Shown: positions 25,451 to 38,486 of the stretch, in pieces
Numbering within the stretch: the stretch's first letter is position 1
How the letters are laid out: each line of letters opens with the position of its first letter
Source: Lama glama
Taxonomy: Eukaryota
Direction: 5' to 3'
DNA length: 64,000 nt
Assembly: GCA_028534125.1 (NCBI GenBank)
Contig: CM052817.1
Coordinates: 622,001-686,000, forward strand
Program-made: the position numbers and the translations under genes
The notes under the pieces: model-generated
Seen by the model: the letters and a program-made list of their open reading frames with translations, nothing else
Told to the model about the DNA's origin: nothing
Databases searched by the model: none

Positions 25451-25944
25451 CTGTGGGGCTGAAGTGGGGTCCTGTGGGGGAGCTGGGCGAGGGCCCTGGG
25501 GCTGCGTCCGGCGGGGGGGGGGGCAGGGTTTCCCACCTCGGTGTGTGCACACTGGACTCCTGCTCTAGACTCAGAGCCCTGGTACCTGTGGGCACTCTTA
25601 GCCCTGCCTGAGTGGTCAGGGAGGGCTTCCTGGGGGAGGAGACCACAAGGGGAAGAACTGGGGAGAGGAGTCCAGGGCTGAGGACAGGGAAGGAAGGAAG
25701 CAGGCTGTGGGTGGTGGGGTGCAGGGCGTGGGGGATGAGGCCGGGTGTGCTGGGGTCTCAAGGCTGTGTGAGGGGCTGGCCTTGATCCTGTGGGTGGCAG
25801 GAGCCACTAGGGTGTCACACAGAGTGACTGGTCGCACCAGTGGGTGGGGGGAGGAGGTAGGGGCCTGCCAGGGCAGCCCCCCGGGGAGGTCCCGTCCCCC
25901 CACCCCCTTCCTTGCACTGTCTTTCTCCTAGCACATCTCCACGG

Positions 25945-26020
25945 AGCATCTTGCACATTGGCTGGATTTATTGTTTACAATCCACTTTTTCTGCTGATCA
26001 CACCTATAGGTGTGCAAACT
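25945..26020. promoter_or_regulatory. Candidate FOX + T-box composite element
   Basis: TGTTTAC at 25972-25978 and the perfect palindrome CACACCTATAGGTGTG at 25999-26014. Confidence 0.45.
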
Positions 26021-26989
26021 TGAGGGCTCAAGCCGTCCTACCCACTGTCCCTGCTCTGTGCCCGGGGCTGAGGCACAGCAGGCCCTCAGTACACACCAAG
26101 CTGGGGCTGGGGGCGTGGGGAGACCAGGCAGAGGGTGGAAGTGTGAGTCAGGGGGCGGATGGGTGGAGGGATGGATAGGAGGATGGGGGATTAATGGGGG
26201 GTGGGGGGGTATGTGGAGAGGCATCTGTTCCCAGGTTCCCTGAGCAGGTACTGATGGCCCATCTCTCCTTCCTGCCCAGTCAGGAGCCAAGTCTCCATCC
26301 ATGAAGTGGAAGGGCAGTCACCACGGACCCCTCCCTAGTCACATTATGGCCTGGCCTCAGGGAAGAGGGGACAGCGACTTGGAGGGAGATCTCCTGGCTC
26401 AGTTGGATTGAGAACTTTCAACTCTGTCACAACTGCCCTGTCCATCTCTTGATGGGGAGGATGTGGACCTGGGACCCTGAACCAAGCCCCCCAGGCCACT
26501 CTGTAGACCAGATTGTGACCACGTCACTGGGATTCCTTGTCACAAACCATGGAAAACAACTCCAGCTAACTCCAGTGGGCAGTGGGTGCGCTGGGACCCC
26601 TGGCACCATCTCAGAGTCTCCCCGTCCAGCCGGCTCTGCCACCCAGCTGCTGTTGCCATGACACCCATGCCTCCCACCCGAGCGGCCCGTGGGTTTGGGG
26701 TCCTGGGAGGGTGCGTTTGATTGGCTGAGCCACAGTACTGCCAGGCACAGCTGGGGGTGGGGGGTCCCAGGGCCTGTCCACTCTCACCCAGCACAGGAGA
26801 GGTGCTTTTCCAGGTGCCCTGGGGACCTGTCAGGAAGGGGACTGCCTGCGATGGCGTCTGGGGCTCCCTGGGCCTGAAGGTAGACAGCCGAGCCCAGGGT
26901 CTCCCACCTGGGATTCAGAAGGAGCCCCCCCCCCCCCCACCGGCCACCGGGTGCCCTGCTGGGAAAGGGTTCAGCCTGCACTGGGGAGT

Positions 26990-27480
26990 CATTCACCGGC
27001 TCAGTCTGATGGAGAAAGACCATTTGAGTTCTCAAGATTATTCCTGGAACCCTCACATACAATTTGGAAGCCTAATAATTCATCAGGAATCCATTAAGCA
27101 GTAGATCCACGTGCCCCGTGACAGGCCTCTGGGGCTCGGCTCCCGCAGCCCGGCCGCCGGAACCGCGGTGCTGGGGCAGAGATGGCCCCGCCCCTCGGAG
27201 GGCAAGGCTGGGGAGTCACCAAGTGTGGCGGAAATGAATTCGGCATCTTTCAGGGAACAAAATCATTGAGCTTACGGACTAAATTTAACAGCCTAATAGA
27301 AATATGCAGGTGCAGGTACAATTAATTTTAATTACTAGACTATACACTGTTGGTTGCACGGCCATGAGTAAAATTAAAATGGCAATCACAATTAGGAAAT
27401 TGCGACCTCATTGTGCAGCAAATTAGTCACAAATTAAAGAGCGCCCACGCTGCCTCTCCTGTAGCTTTATGGCCTCTGTC
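26990..27480. promoter_or_regulatory. Candidate conserved enhancer (two AT-rich blocks)
   Basis: TTCCTGGAA at 27041-27049, CAATTAATTTTAATTA near 27319-27334, several further AATTA, CATTGT, and TTTATGGCC at 27466-27474. Confidence 0.6.
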
Positions 27481-27899
27481 CTCCCAGGAGGTGGGCTGGG
27501 CTCGCGGAGACGGCTGGCCCCTTCCCAGGAGGCTCCCGCGCCCTCTGCAAACGCCCGGTACCTGGGGCTCTGGCTGGGGATCTGGTAGGTGAGCCAGGCC
27601 AAGAAGTGGACAGCTCTTAGGTCACCCACCCTCAAAGCATCCACGTGTCCAGCACGCAGGCTCCACTCACCTGATCCCGCCTGTGGCTCGAATCCACAGA
27701 AGGCCTTAGTTTCCCTCCAGAGGCGGGGTCGCAGCTTCAACAGGGTGGCCGTGAGCCCTGCAGAGGAGGACCGGACACCCGGGAGGCTGCACTCTCCTCC
27801 GTGGGGTGGGGGGCTGCCACTGCAGGGCATAGCCAGCCCCTTCTCTTCCTTCCCTCCTCAGGCGAGCTTGACCCAGCCTCACCTCTGGCCAGACCTCAC

Positions 27900-28520
27900 T
27901 GTCCTCTCAGCGTTTCCATCCAGGGTCTCCAGACACCCCAAACACAACTCAACCAGCACAGAGTACTGGAGGGTCCCCTGTCCAGCCCTTTCTCCTCCAG
28001 GGAGCCGGACTCACTGCCCCACATGCCTTAGAATCTCAGCTCTCCCTCCCTCCTCCACTGGCTCACCCCATCTCAGCCTGGGCTCAGGCACCTGCCATCA
28101 CGCCTGCTTAGGACCCTTCAGCAACTCCTTGTGCCACTAGGATGAAGGCACAGCCTCACCACACCAGGATCCTCAGGACCTTGGTCTCACCACAGCCCCA
28201 CCCCTTGAGCTGGGAGCCTCTGTTCTCTGTCCTCCAGCCTCGCTGGCCCTGTGCAGTCCTGGTTTTCATAGCTCCCTCTTAGCACTCTGCTTTTGTTCAT
28301 GCTGTTCCCTCTGTGGAGATGCTGTTCCCTTTGCTCATGCTTGATCCTTCAGTTTCAGATGGGTCTCGTGCGTCAACAGGTCCCCATGCCATGTGTGTCC
28401 CTGAAGGTGCCCGTGGCTGCTGGTCCACACTCATCTGTGTGGTTCACTGACCCCGAGTCCAGGTTTTTCTGCTTCTGTGTCCTTGGTGCCTACAGCGAAG
28501 CCAGGGCCCTGGGGAGGCGG
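27900..28520 (+). mobile_element. L2 fragments
   Basis: 'cttttgttcatgctgttccctctgtggagatgctgttccc...atccttcagtttcag' resembles the L2 3' region. Confidence 0.45.
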
Positions 28521-30529
28521 GTGTGAGGGTCAGAGGGCAAGGAACGCAGCAGCCAGAGCAGCACCCAGGCCAGGCACTGGGGGTGTGATAAAGAGCCGAT
28601 AAGGAGGCGAGAGGGCAGGTGGAGGCTGGGCACACCGGCCAGCATGGTGACCACTGAATAGATGCTGGGAGGCGCCAGGTGACGCTCACTGCTGAGTGTG
28701 GTCACCCAGGTGACGGGGGGCCGGGGTGCCTCTCTGACTCAGGAGTCTAAGCTCAGGACCTGTTGCATTCTACCTTTTCACTAGAAAGCTCGTGGCAGCT
28801 CCAAGCTCCCAGAGGCACAGCCATGACCCGGAGCAAGGCGTAAGTAGGAAGGCAGCGTGGTGGACACCACTGCCTCCCAGCTGGGCATGATCCCCCACCC
28901 CACTAGGAAATGAAGTGATGAAGTGGGCAACCCCCCGCCCTCCCCCTCCCCCTTGCCCCCCCGTTCCTCCTCCCCCTCCCCCCTTCAGTGCCAAGCGCAC
29001 CCGCCAAGGCTTGCAGGGCCTGTCTCTGCGCTCTCCAAAATCCCCCCCCCCATTTAATTTTAGTCTCTGGGGCTCCCTGCCAGAGAGCCAGCTCTGAGTG
29101 CCCATCCTCCCAGCTGGGAGACACCCAGGCCAAGGTGGGGGGTGTGTGAAGTCTTTGCACTGGCCCCGTGCCCCCAGCCTCTTCATCACCACCTGCTCTC
29201 CTGTGGGGCTTTTCCACCTTTGACTGCTCCTCTGCCATGACCTCCAAGCAAGGCTTGGAGGGTAGTACTTCACACTGTAGTGTGAATTCGGATCACTGGA
29301 TCCCATCCTGTAGGAGGTGCAGCAAGAGGGAGGGGCTGCTTTCACAAATTCTGGAGCTTAAGCAGCACCAGAAGCAGGATCAGTCACATGACACCAGCAG
29401 CTTCCCCTCCAATTCACTGAGCCCCTCCAGGAGCTGTAGCGCCCCAGTGGGGAGCCCCTGCTGCACTCGGGGGACTTGCCTTGTGTCTTGGGACAAGCCA
29501 CCCCCTCTGCCTCCTCTCCACCTTCAGCCTGGGTGAAGGTGCAGGTGTGGGATGGGAGGGGCTTAGGTGGGGTTGGCTTTTGTCCCTGGATCATGCTGAA
29601 GAAAAGGGCAGGGGTGCTCAACCAGGGAGGCCAGGGAGGCGTGTGCAGAGGTGACATGGGGCAGGTGGGGTGGAACCACAGGCGGGCGGAGGGGAAGTCC
29701 CCACGGGGGGCAGGGGGCTGAGCCAGGTGCCTGACCCTCTTTTCCATGCAGGGCTGGGATAACTTGTGACCCCTCCTCCATCAGACCCAGGAGGCGGAGG
29801 GCAGGCAGGCGAGGTGCCTTCCGGCTCCCCGCCTGGATCTACAGAGGTGATCTCAGTCCCAGTTGGCAGAATGGAGGTGAGCAGACAGCCAGTCTCCCAG
29901 ATCCCCAGAAGTGTGGTGCCCATACCCCCAACAGGGAGCTCTCAGCACCCTCCTTGTGCCTGCAAGTCCCAGGCCCCTGGCAGCAGGGCTTGTGCTCCCC
30001 TGAAGCAGCACTCCAGCCATGCCCGTCCCTGGCCAGGAGCCGCTGGTTCGCTCCTCCTGTTGGGGCAGCCCCTGGTGGGCAGCCCAGAAATGCCCTGGGG
30101 AGGGGGCCTCCCAGGGCTGAGAGCCAGTGCCAGCCCTGGGCAGGGTGGCAGAGCATCCTAGGGTGATCCAGGGCTGCCGGGTCCTCGTGCAGCTGGTCCA
30201 TAAGGACAGTGAGAGATGGCGTTGTCTCAGGAAGACAGGTGGGGATCCTCTCTGCCCCCTGGACAAGTGGCCTCCCGCTCTGAGGCCTCCTGGGGCCGCC
30301 ATGTTGTCCCTTCTCAGGATTTCCCTCACCTGTCAGTCACCGGTGTCACGTCATTTCCCTCCTGTCTTCCCCGCTGGCCCACACTCCCCGTGGGGGGCCT
30401 CAGCCTGGTCCCTGACAGGCCCAGGCAGCCCGGACGTTGGTGAGCGCGGGCACGGACGTGGCGGCAGCCCTGCGCCCTCTGCCTGGGGCACGGGGTCTGG
30501 CTGGCCCTCGCTTAGCCCCTCCTTCACCC

Positions 30530-32700
30530 CTCTCAGCAGTGATTGGCACTCTTCAGTGTGCAGGTCTCACACGTGTTTTGTCAGATTCATCCCCACGTAT
30601 TCCATATTTTTGATGGCATTGCAAAGACTGTTTTAAATCTTTAATCTCCAGCTGTTTGTTGCTAGTGCACAGAAGCACCACTGACCTTCGTGCACCGGTC
30701 TGGTACCTGCAACCTCGCTGCGCTCGCTTGGTTAGGTGTTAGTTCAATTAGCCTTTGGTAGATTCCACAGGATTGTCTATGCGGACAGACTTGCCGTGTA
30801 GGAATAAAGTATTACTTCTTCCTCTCCATCACTTCCTTTCCAATCTGGGTAATCCAATCCAGGTTACTAAAATTAATAAAAATCCAGTTTTTATTTTTGT
30901 CTTACTGCACTGTCTAGAATGCCCAGTGCAGTGTCGAGCGGAGGAGCTGGGGACGGCACCCTTGCCTCTGCCCTGATCTCAGGGTGAAGGCCGCTAGTCC
31001 TTCAGCAGTAAGTGTGGCGTCGGCCGTCGGCTCTTCCGGGGTGCCCCCTGCCAAGTTGAGGAGGTTCTTTCCTGTGCCTGTTTTACTGAGGGTTTTTCTT
31101 AGAAGTGATTGCTGGATTTTATCAAGTGTTTCTTCTGTGGCTCTTTAAATGGTCATAGGTTTTTCTTTTTTAGTCCATTAATATGAAGAATTACATTTTT
31201 GATTTTTGAGAGCTAACCCATCCTTGCCTTCCTGAGACAGATCCCATTCGGTCACGATCCTTTGAAGACACTGATGGACTCCATTTGCTGAAGCTTGAGA
31301 ACTGTGCATTTATGCTCATGATGGAAGCCGGTGAGCGGTTTTCTTTGCTTTCATCGCACAGTGGTTTGTCGGGGTGATTTGTGTCTCGCAGAACGAGCTG
31401 CGAAGTGCTTTCTTCTCTTCAGGCTTCTGGAAGAGGCCCTGCAGAACCGGCTTTGTTTCTTCCTTGAGACCTGTGTGGGCTTGGGGTTTCCTTTCTCAGA
31501 AGGCGTTTAGCCACACGTTCAGTCTTTGCGCTTTGTGTTCACTGCGGGTCCCACGCAGACGGCGTGTAGGTCATCTGATCGGACAGCTCTGCACTTCGGT
31601 CAGTCGGAGCGTTTTGACGATTTGCACCGACTACAGTGCCAGCATGTCCAGGCTCACGTCCATCCTCTTTTTTTTGTTTGTCTGTCTGATCTTCGGCCCC
31701 TTTGCCCTCTTTTTCTCTCTTCTTTTGGACTGAGTGTATTTTGTGACTATACGCCTTCTGTTGGCTTATCAGTGGTCATTCTGAATTTTGCTATTTCAGG
31801 GTTGCTTGAGGGTTACAGGAGGTGTCTTCAGTTTATCTCACTTCGTGTGACTTCTAAGTGCCGTGCCTGACGTCGCGGGGCTGTCGCCGCACGGGCCTGG
31901 TCTGCTATTGTCCATTATATTTCTATACTTGTTAGAAATGTTGCATTATTGGCTTTTGTTGTTCTGCTTGAAGCAGTCAGTTACTGTGGCGACCATTCCT
32001 GGCGCGCCGTTCCTTCGTGTAGATGCAGGTTTGCCTCTGGCGTCACTCCTTCTGCCTGGAGGATGTCCCTGACCCTTCTCACAGCGGGTGACGGAGGTTA
32101 TCAGATCTTCTCGTGTCTGAAAAAGTCTTTATTCTGCCTTTGGGTTGGAAGGGTATTTTCCCCAAGTGAAGAATTCCAGGCTGACCGCTGTGGTTTTCTC
32201 TCTTCAAAGATGCAGCTCTAGTATCTCCTGGTCCACACGCTTCCAGGGAGAAAACTGCTGTCCCCTGGCCTCCGGGTCTTTGTCCGTAAGGTGGCTGTCG
32301 CCCCGCCTGCTCTGAAGACTTCACCCTTATCGTAGTTCTGATAACTTGTGCTTCGGGTTTGTTGAGCTTCTCGGACCTGCGGGCTTCCTCGAACCTGCTC
32401 ATTATTTCTTGGCCATTTCCCTGTCTTCCCCTCCACCCCTAAGAGCTGGAATTGCACACGCACCTGACAGAGGGGGTCCGGCAGCTCACTCTGCGCTGCC
32501 CCCCCGCATCCCCCCACCTACGGCCTGGAAACCTTCTGAGGCAGCAAACCAGGTGCCCCCTGGGCTCCCCTCGCCGTGTTCTGTCTCAGGGTCTCCGTCT
32601 GGCCTTGCCTGATGTCCAGTGTCGTCAAAGCTGTGGCTGTGTGCTTGCTTTGTGGTTTTCCATGGTTTCTAGGGAGAGGTGGGTAAACACAGATCCTCTC
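30530..32700 (-). mobile_element. Ancient LINE-1 (L1MC/ME-like), fragmented and GC-shifted
   Basis: Antisense ORF2-like text (tcttcagtgtgcaggtctcacac...tgtttgttgctagtgcacagaagc...aagttgaggaggttc...tggattttatcaagtg) followed by ORF1-like text (tctgaaaaagtctttattctgcc...gaagaattccaggctgac). Confidence 0.75.
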
Positions 32701-33949
32701 CCCGACCTGGCCGTGCCCAGCACCCCTTCCCTTAAAGCCACTCAACCAGTTCCCGCCGCCCCTCATTCCAATGAGACTGCCCTCCTGAGGTCAAGGGGCC
32801 TCCACGCCTTAGAACCCAGTGAGTGGGCCATTCCCAAGCCTCCTCCCAGCCCCTCTCCCAGTGTCGCCCTCCCCCCGGACACTTTCCTTGTGTGACTTCC
32901 AGACAAGTGGCACCTGGTCCCTCCCGCCTCTCTATGGGGCCACGTCTCCTCCCTACCCTCTGCAGCTCCCCTCGTTTCAGACCCGTTGTGCCCAGGGCGC
33001 AGGCTGAGTTTGTCTATCCTGGAGGAGGGGCAAGGGGACAAGGGCCACTGGTCCCACAGCCACAGCAGTCCCTTCAGGGTGGGTCCCCTTCCCCTGTCTG
33101 CACCCTGGGCGCTTGCAGGAAGGAGCCACGCACTGGGATTCCTGGGGGAGCCCTGGGCCTGAGCAGGGCATGGATGTGAGCTCCACCCTGGTGCACTGGA
33201 CAAGGCACCGCTGGACCCAGTCTCCCCACCTGGGAATGGGGGCCAGGGTCCCTGCTCTCCTCACCGGGGAAGGTGGCAAGGGTTTAATCTGAGCACTCCT
33301 GACTCCTGACACTCAGAGCTGCCAAGGAAAGTCCCACGGAAGGGACGTGGGCAAGGGGACACACACCTGGAGGGGTCGGACATGTGTTTACAGGCTGCCT
33401 GGCAGAGAGGGGCTCCACGGGACAGAAACAGGTGTGGGCCGATTGTGGGGGGTGTGAGCCCCCACCCCAATCACACTGCCCCCGGTTCTAGCTCTGGGAT
33501 CTGGAGAAACTTCTCCACACGCACTGGAGCCGTGGTACCTCCGACACCCAGTCCTGGCAGGCGGCTCTCCCAGAAACGCCACGCCCGGGGCAGCCGCCCA
33601 ACAAGGAGATCAGCGCTGGGTCCTGCCCTGGCCCAGGCAGGTCATGGCCTCCCTGGCCTCAGCCTCCTGGATCTGTGAAATGGGCCTATCACACGATTGT
33701 GGGTACAGGCGGGTGGCAAGGCCATGGAGGTGGCTGTCCCCGACCGCTGAGCCAAAGCCAGTGCCGGCCATGTCTGTGGTTCAAGATGGCACCTGACCCC
33801 CGCCCCAGGCCTGGCCCTGAGCCCACCAGCGGTGAGGGCCCCAGGGAACTCCGAGCTCCTGCCCAGGCTCAGGGCTGGCCTGCCAGGCGAACAGGCTTCC
33901 CCGTGAAACTCCCCACCCGCCTCCGGGGAGCCATAGCCCCACCCCGGCA

Positions 33950-34360
33950 CACACACAACTATTTAATTTTGCTCTGGCAAGGAATAATAGAGCCCTGTGT
34001 GTCTGTTACAGATGCAGAGAGATTGGGCAGCCACGGCTGCACATTCAGAGCCCTAACAAAGCTGGCTCCGATCCCCCGGCCTGCCATCACCATTCAACGG
34101 TGTAATAAATGAGGCGGCCGCAGCCCGCCACGTACCGCCAGCCCAGATAACGGCTGAAAGGAGAAAATTAAATTTTGCTTTTGTTGAAACATTATGATTT
34201 ATGTATTTGTAATATAGGCTGTGGTGGGCAATTGGGGGAAAAGAAGATTGCTGAGCGCCCTTCAGGGTTACTGACAGCCCCGCTGGCCACTCAGAGGGCT
34301 CAGCCCCGCCCACTCCTCTTCACCGCAGGAATAAGAGGAACCGCAGATTCCCATTAACCC
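33950..34360. promoter_or_regulatory. Candidate conserved enhancer with PBX-HOX and MEIS motifs
   Basis: TGATTTAT at 34195-34202, TGACAG at 34272-34277, plus GTAATAAA, AACAAAG and AGATAA in an AT-rich CpG-retaining island. Confidence 0.6.
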
Positions 34361-34499
34361 GGCCCTCTGCAGCCTGGAGAGAGGCTGGGCGGCCCTCCAG
34401 GGAGGCCAGGCGTGGGGCCCTCCCATCAGGGGTGGGCAGGAGGCAGCATCCTTCTCGCCTGGACCCGGAAGCAGGCGTTCTGATCTCCCAGTGCCCTAT

Positions 34500-34650
34500 C
34501 TGGACCTATGAAAATAATTAACTTCTCCCACTGGGCCCTAGAGAGACAGACACGTGAGCACATCCCCTGTAATTTATAATCTTGCAGTGCTGTCCCTTAA
34601 TGCAGCAATCAGAACGGGGCTTATCATGTTGTAGAAGGTAATGAACTCAC
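34500..34650. promoter_or_regulatory. Candidate conserved non-coding element
   Basis: ATAATTAA, CACGTG, TAATTTATAAT and CTTATC within 150 bp. Confidence 0.4.
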
Positions 34651-35039
34651 TTACTCCTGGCACTCGAGTTCCCGAGTGTGGGTCTGGGCGGAGCGGCTCC
34701 CCTAGACAGCCGTTGGGAGGCTCCCCCGCCGACAACCACTGGGGTCCTTAATGGACAGATGGGCCTGTGGCCCTGGGCCCAGGTGGCCAAGTGTGGCCAG
34801 AGCGAACCACAGTCTAGCTGCTGGGAGGCTGTGTCCCTGGCTATGTAGGGGGAGCGGAGGGCAGGCTGAAGCCCTGGTGCTTTGCTAGGCTTACTCAGGG
34901 ATCCAGGCAAAGCCTTCCCACTCAGAGCCGCCACCCACCTGATGTCCCCCTGCCCAAGCACAGCCGGGTGCTGGGACGCCACAACCGGCCCTCACCTGCT
35001 CGTGCAGATCCCCTGACCACCCCAGGGAGCTCTCACATG

Positions 35040-35120
35040 TGATTTGTCTTAAGGTTCTGAACTGAGACATCCCCTACAGATGGGAAACTGAGGCTCAGTG
35101 AAGCTGAGTGGCTGTGGGGG
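35040..35120 (-). mobile_element. MIR core fragment
   Basis: 'tacagatgggaaactgaggctcagtgaag' matches the MIR core. Confidence 0.7.
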
Positions 35121-38100
35121 ACAGGGACCCACTGTCCACCTGCCACCTAGACCCCTGCTCCTGCAGAGGTTTGCCATGGAGTGAAGGCCTGCTGTGACCC
35201 CTGCAGGCTCACAGAGGCGGCCTCTCCCTCCATCTGGGTGTGCCCAGCCTCACACAAACTGGGCACAAGGAGGCTCAGCCAGGGATCATGGGGGCCTCCC
35301 GTGAGCCTCTTCAGCCCCCTCCCCACCATCTTCAGGGGCCAGTGCTCATTTCAGCTGCCTTCTGCTCTCAGGACCCAGTGTGATCCAAACTGAATTCCCC
35401 TCTTCCCACTCCTCTGCACCCCTGGAGGGCCCATCTCTGTCCCCAGCAGCCCAGGGTGTGAGCTGGGCCTCACTGCCTTGGCCCTTCCGTGACCACTCAC
35501 AGTCCTGGCCCTCCCTCAGAAAGGCCTCTTGAGTCATCCTGAAGTGCAGAGAAAATCTGCTCCTTGCTGACACTCTTTGAGCTGCTGGATCAAACTTTGC
35601 CTGAAGCAGGTATCTTTGGCCCAATTGGCTGTTTGAGCCAGAGTCCCCTTGCTGCCTTGTGAGTTAGGGTCCCTGTCACCCACACCTCAGGAGCTCTGGC
35701 AGTGCCCCTGTTTCTCTCTGGGGCCATGCTGGCCTCTTGCTCTCCTCTTGTGACGTGGCTCCTCTGCCCAAGGCCCCGCCCATTCCCAGGAGCAGGAATG
35801 TGCTTGGCCCAGCCAGGTGCCCGGCCTGGTCGGGGGGCGACGAGCGGGGTGAGGGGCGGGCTGTGCTGGCTCTCACATCTGAGGGTAGGAGGGCAGGCTT
35901 CTGTGGTGCCTCCCGCTGAAGTCAGGTGAAGTGACAGTGGAGGGTCCCTGTGGGAGCTGAGATCTGAACTCACCCCTCCCCTTTCTTCTCCCTGCCTCCC
36001 TCTCCAGACCGAGTCATCCACGTCATGGGGTCCCATTCCCATCATGCGGCCCCCAGAGCCCAGCCCCCAAGCTGCCCCACCCCCCCCCAGGGGGCTGTCT
36101 CGGCCACGCCCAGCTCCTACCAAGTCTCTGCCTCATGAGCAGGCAGGAGAGGCAGAGATGGAGACAGAATTAGCTCTGGGGCCTGAATACCCACTGCACA
36201 GGCTCATTACTGTCACTGTCGCCGGGTTCCGTGGGGGCCGTGGGCACGTGTGGTGCCCGCCGGGCTTGGCTGGGCCCTTCCTGAGACGGGCCTTCTCGCT
36301 TCCCAGCCGGCGAGTCAGAGCTGTGCTGCATCTGCAGAGGGCGTCGGGCTGGGAGAGGCAGCCTTATTAGGAGCTGTGTTTTGTGTCGGATGTTGCTTCC
36401 TTGAGGGCGACGGCCGCCGGCAGTGCTGACTGCTGGGGGCTCCTAGATCCTCGTCTTGTGTGTGACCTGCCCTCCTCCCCCTGCAGGCTCTTGCCCCGGG
36501 CCTGCTCCACCCTTGCCCCTCCACCCCTGGCACCAGGGCCTATGAGGGTGGGGTCCCTGAGGGGCCTCAGGCTAGTCCTGCTGACCCCACTAGTGCCGGT
36601 TCTCCTGGACTCTGCTGGCCAGTCGGCCCACCGCCCTGCCCGAGACAACGCCTGTGCAAGCTGGGGTGGGGGGAGCTGGGATGCTTCACCACCTAACGGT
36701 GAAGGCCCGGCCACACTGCGAGGACTGGACCCCAGAGAGGGCGGTCTGCCCGAATCCCAGAAGGCTGGGGGCTCTGTGGGATGAGGAAGTCAGAGAGGGG
36801 CACAGGGCACAAGGAATGGCTTCTCCCGCCCCGGACCCCTGGCCCGTGCAGGTGGACACTTGCTGTGTGCTATCTGGCCAGGACCAAGGCCTCATTTATG
36901 TTGCTAGGCTACAGGGAAGGTGGGCAGGGTCTTCGCCCTCAAGGGGGTGATGAGAAGGAGGCATGAGGGCTGGGGGCCCTGCAGGGACAGAGCCTCAGGG
37001 AAGGGCAGCTGGGGGAGGGGTTGCTCTACTTTAGTGTCCAGCACCAGGGAAAGCGCCGAGTAAGGCCAAGGGGGAGGACCAGGACCAGGCCCTGGGGGCC
37101 CTGCAGACCCCCACCAGGGTGACAGCAGCTCTGCATGCCCCCGGAGATGGGCCGAGAGGCATCCTGGAGCGAGCAGCACGAGGCCCCCACCCCTCCATCA
37201 CCTCCCGCAGTGTGGGTGGAGCGAGCCATGGGCTGGCCGGGGCACAGGATGGGGGCTTCTGCTCCGGAGACCACCGCCCTGAGGTTGGGGGTACAAGACT
37301 GCCAATGATGGCCCGACCCTGGCAAACGGTGACGATGCCCATGGGGAGTGGGGCATCCGGAGGCCCAGGTCAAAGGGCTCGAGTGCTTCCCGAGGGGGCA
37401 GCAGGGGAGCCAGACCCCTACCCCCACCCTCAGCCTCTTCCGCTCGCTGGCTCCCCAGGGCTTCGGGCGACAGCCTGGTTCATGTGTCAGCCCGCAGGTG
37501 GCGTGCCCACCTTGTCTGATGGGACCCGCCCAGAGCTCGCGTTCCCGGGGAGACCCCGCTTCTCCCGGCACAGCACAGGTGACCCCGGAGGCTGCTGCGC
37601 CCCCGGGGCAGCTGAGGGCTTGAGGGCTGTCTCCAGGGAGGAGGCGTGGCTGGGGTCCCACTGACAGAGCCCCCTGCACAAGATGCCTCTGACCCTCTCC
37701 ATGGAGCACAGACTTGCTCTTGGCAGGCCCAGGACTGGGGCCCGAGAATGACGTGATGGTCAGCGAGCAGCTGCCCCCCAGGACGGGAGTAGGGTGGGCG
37801 GAGCAGGGACTCAGCTTCGCCCAGTTCGCCATCCAGAGGGGGCAGCAGGTAGCCCCCCGGGTTCTAGCGTCCAGCCATGCTTGGCCGGGGTGGGGGGGGC
37901 CGCCGCGCCTTCAGGAGCGCAGTAGTCAGGGCACCTGGGAGGGCCTGAGGGCTGAGGACACGACCTGGGAAGTGCAGACGCATGCTCCAAGCTGTGTACA
38001 CATCTGTAAAATGCACGCAGCCCCACCTCGCAGAGCCCTGTTACCAAGGAGGTAAAAGCGTGAAATGTTGGGCCTGGACCTGCCCGTATGTGAACCCCGA

Positions 38101-38379
38101 CCTGATTAGCCCTTCCACCCCCGAGGTCAGAGGGGGTCGAGGATTCCCACGGGCTGGTTCCCCATCACACTCCAAGATGTGCGGGCAGGGTGGCAGGAGT
38201 GACCACCGGCAGAGCCGTGTGGGGCTGGGTGCTGGGTCCTGGGTCCTGGGTCCTCAGAAGGCACCTGCCTTGGGGAAGGGCAGTGTCTGGGGCAGGGAGC
38301 TCCCCCAAGCGGCTCTGTCCGGCAAAGGCCTGGGAAAACCACCTCTTAGAGGAGGAATCCTGGGAAGGGAGCAGCGGTA

Positions 38380-38486
38380 CGTGTGTTCACACGTATGTGT
38401 GCTGTGAACACATGTGGTGTTTGGGTGCTTGGTGTGCGTGTGTATGCACGTGACCATGTGTGTGCCCGGTGTGTGCGTGTGTGTGC
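38380..38486. repeat. Degenerate (TG)n simple repeat
   Basis: Visible tract. Confidence 0.75.

Noticed and set aside
37026..37832. 268-aa minus-strand ORF and other 150-240 aa ORFs across the window
   Set aside because: They are P/G/A/R/S-rich with overlapping ORFs in many frames and no recognisable domain, as expected from stop-codon scarcity at high GC.
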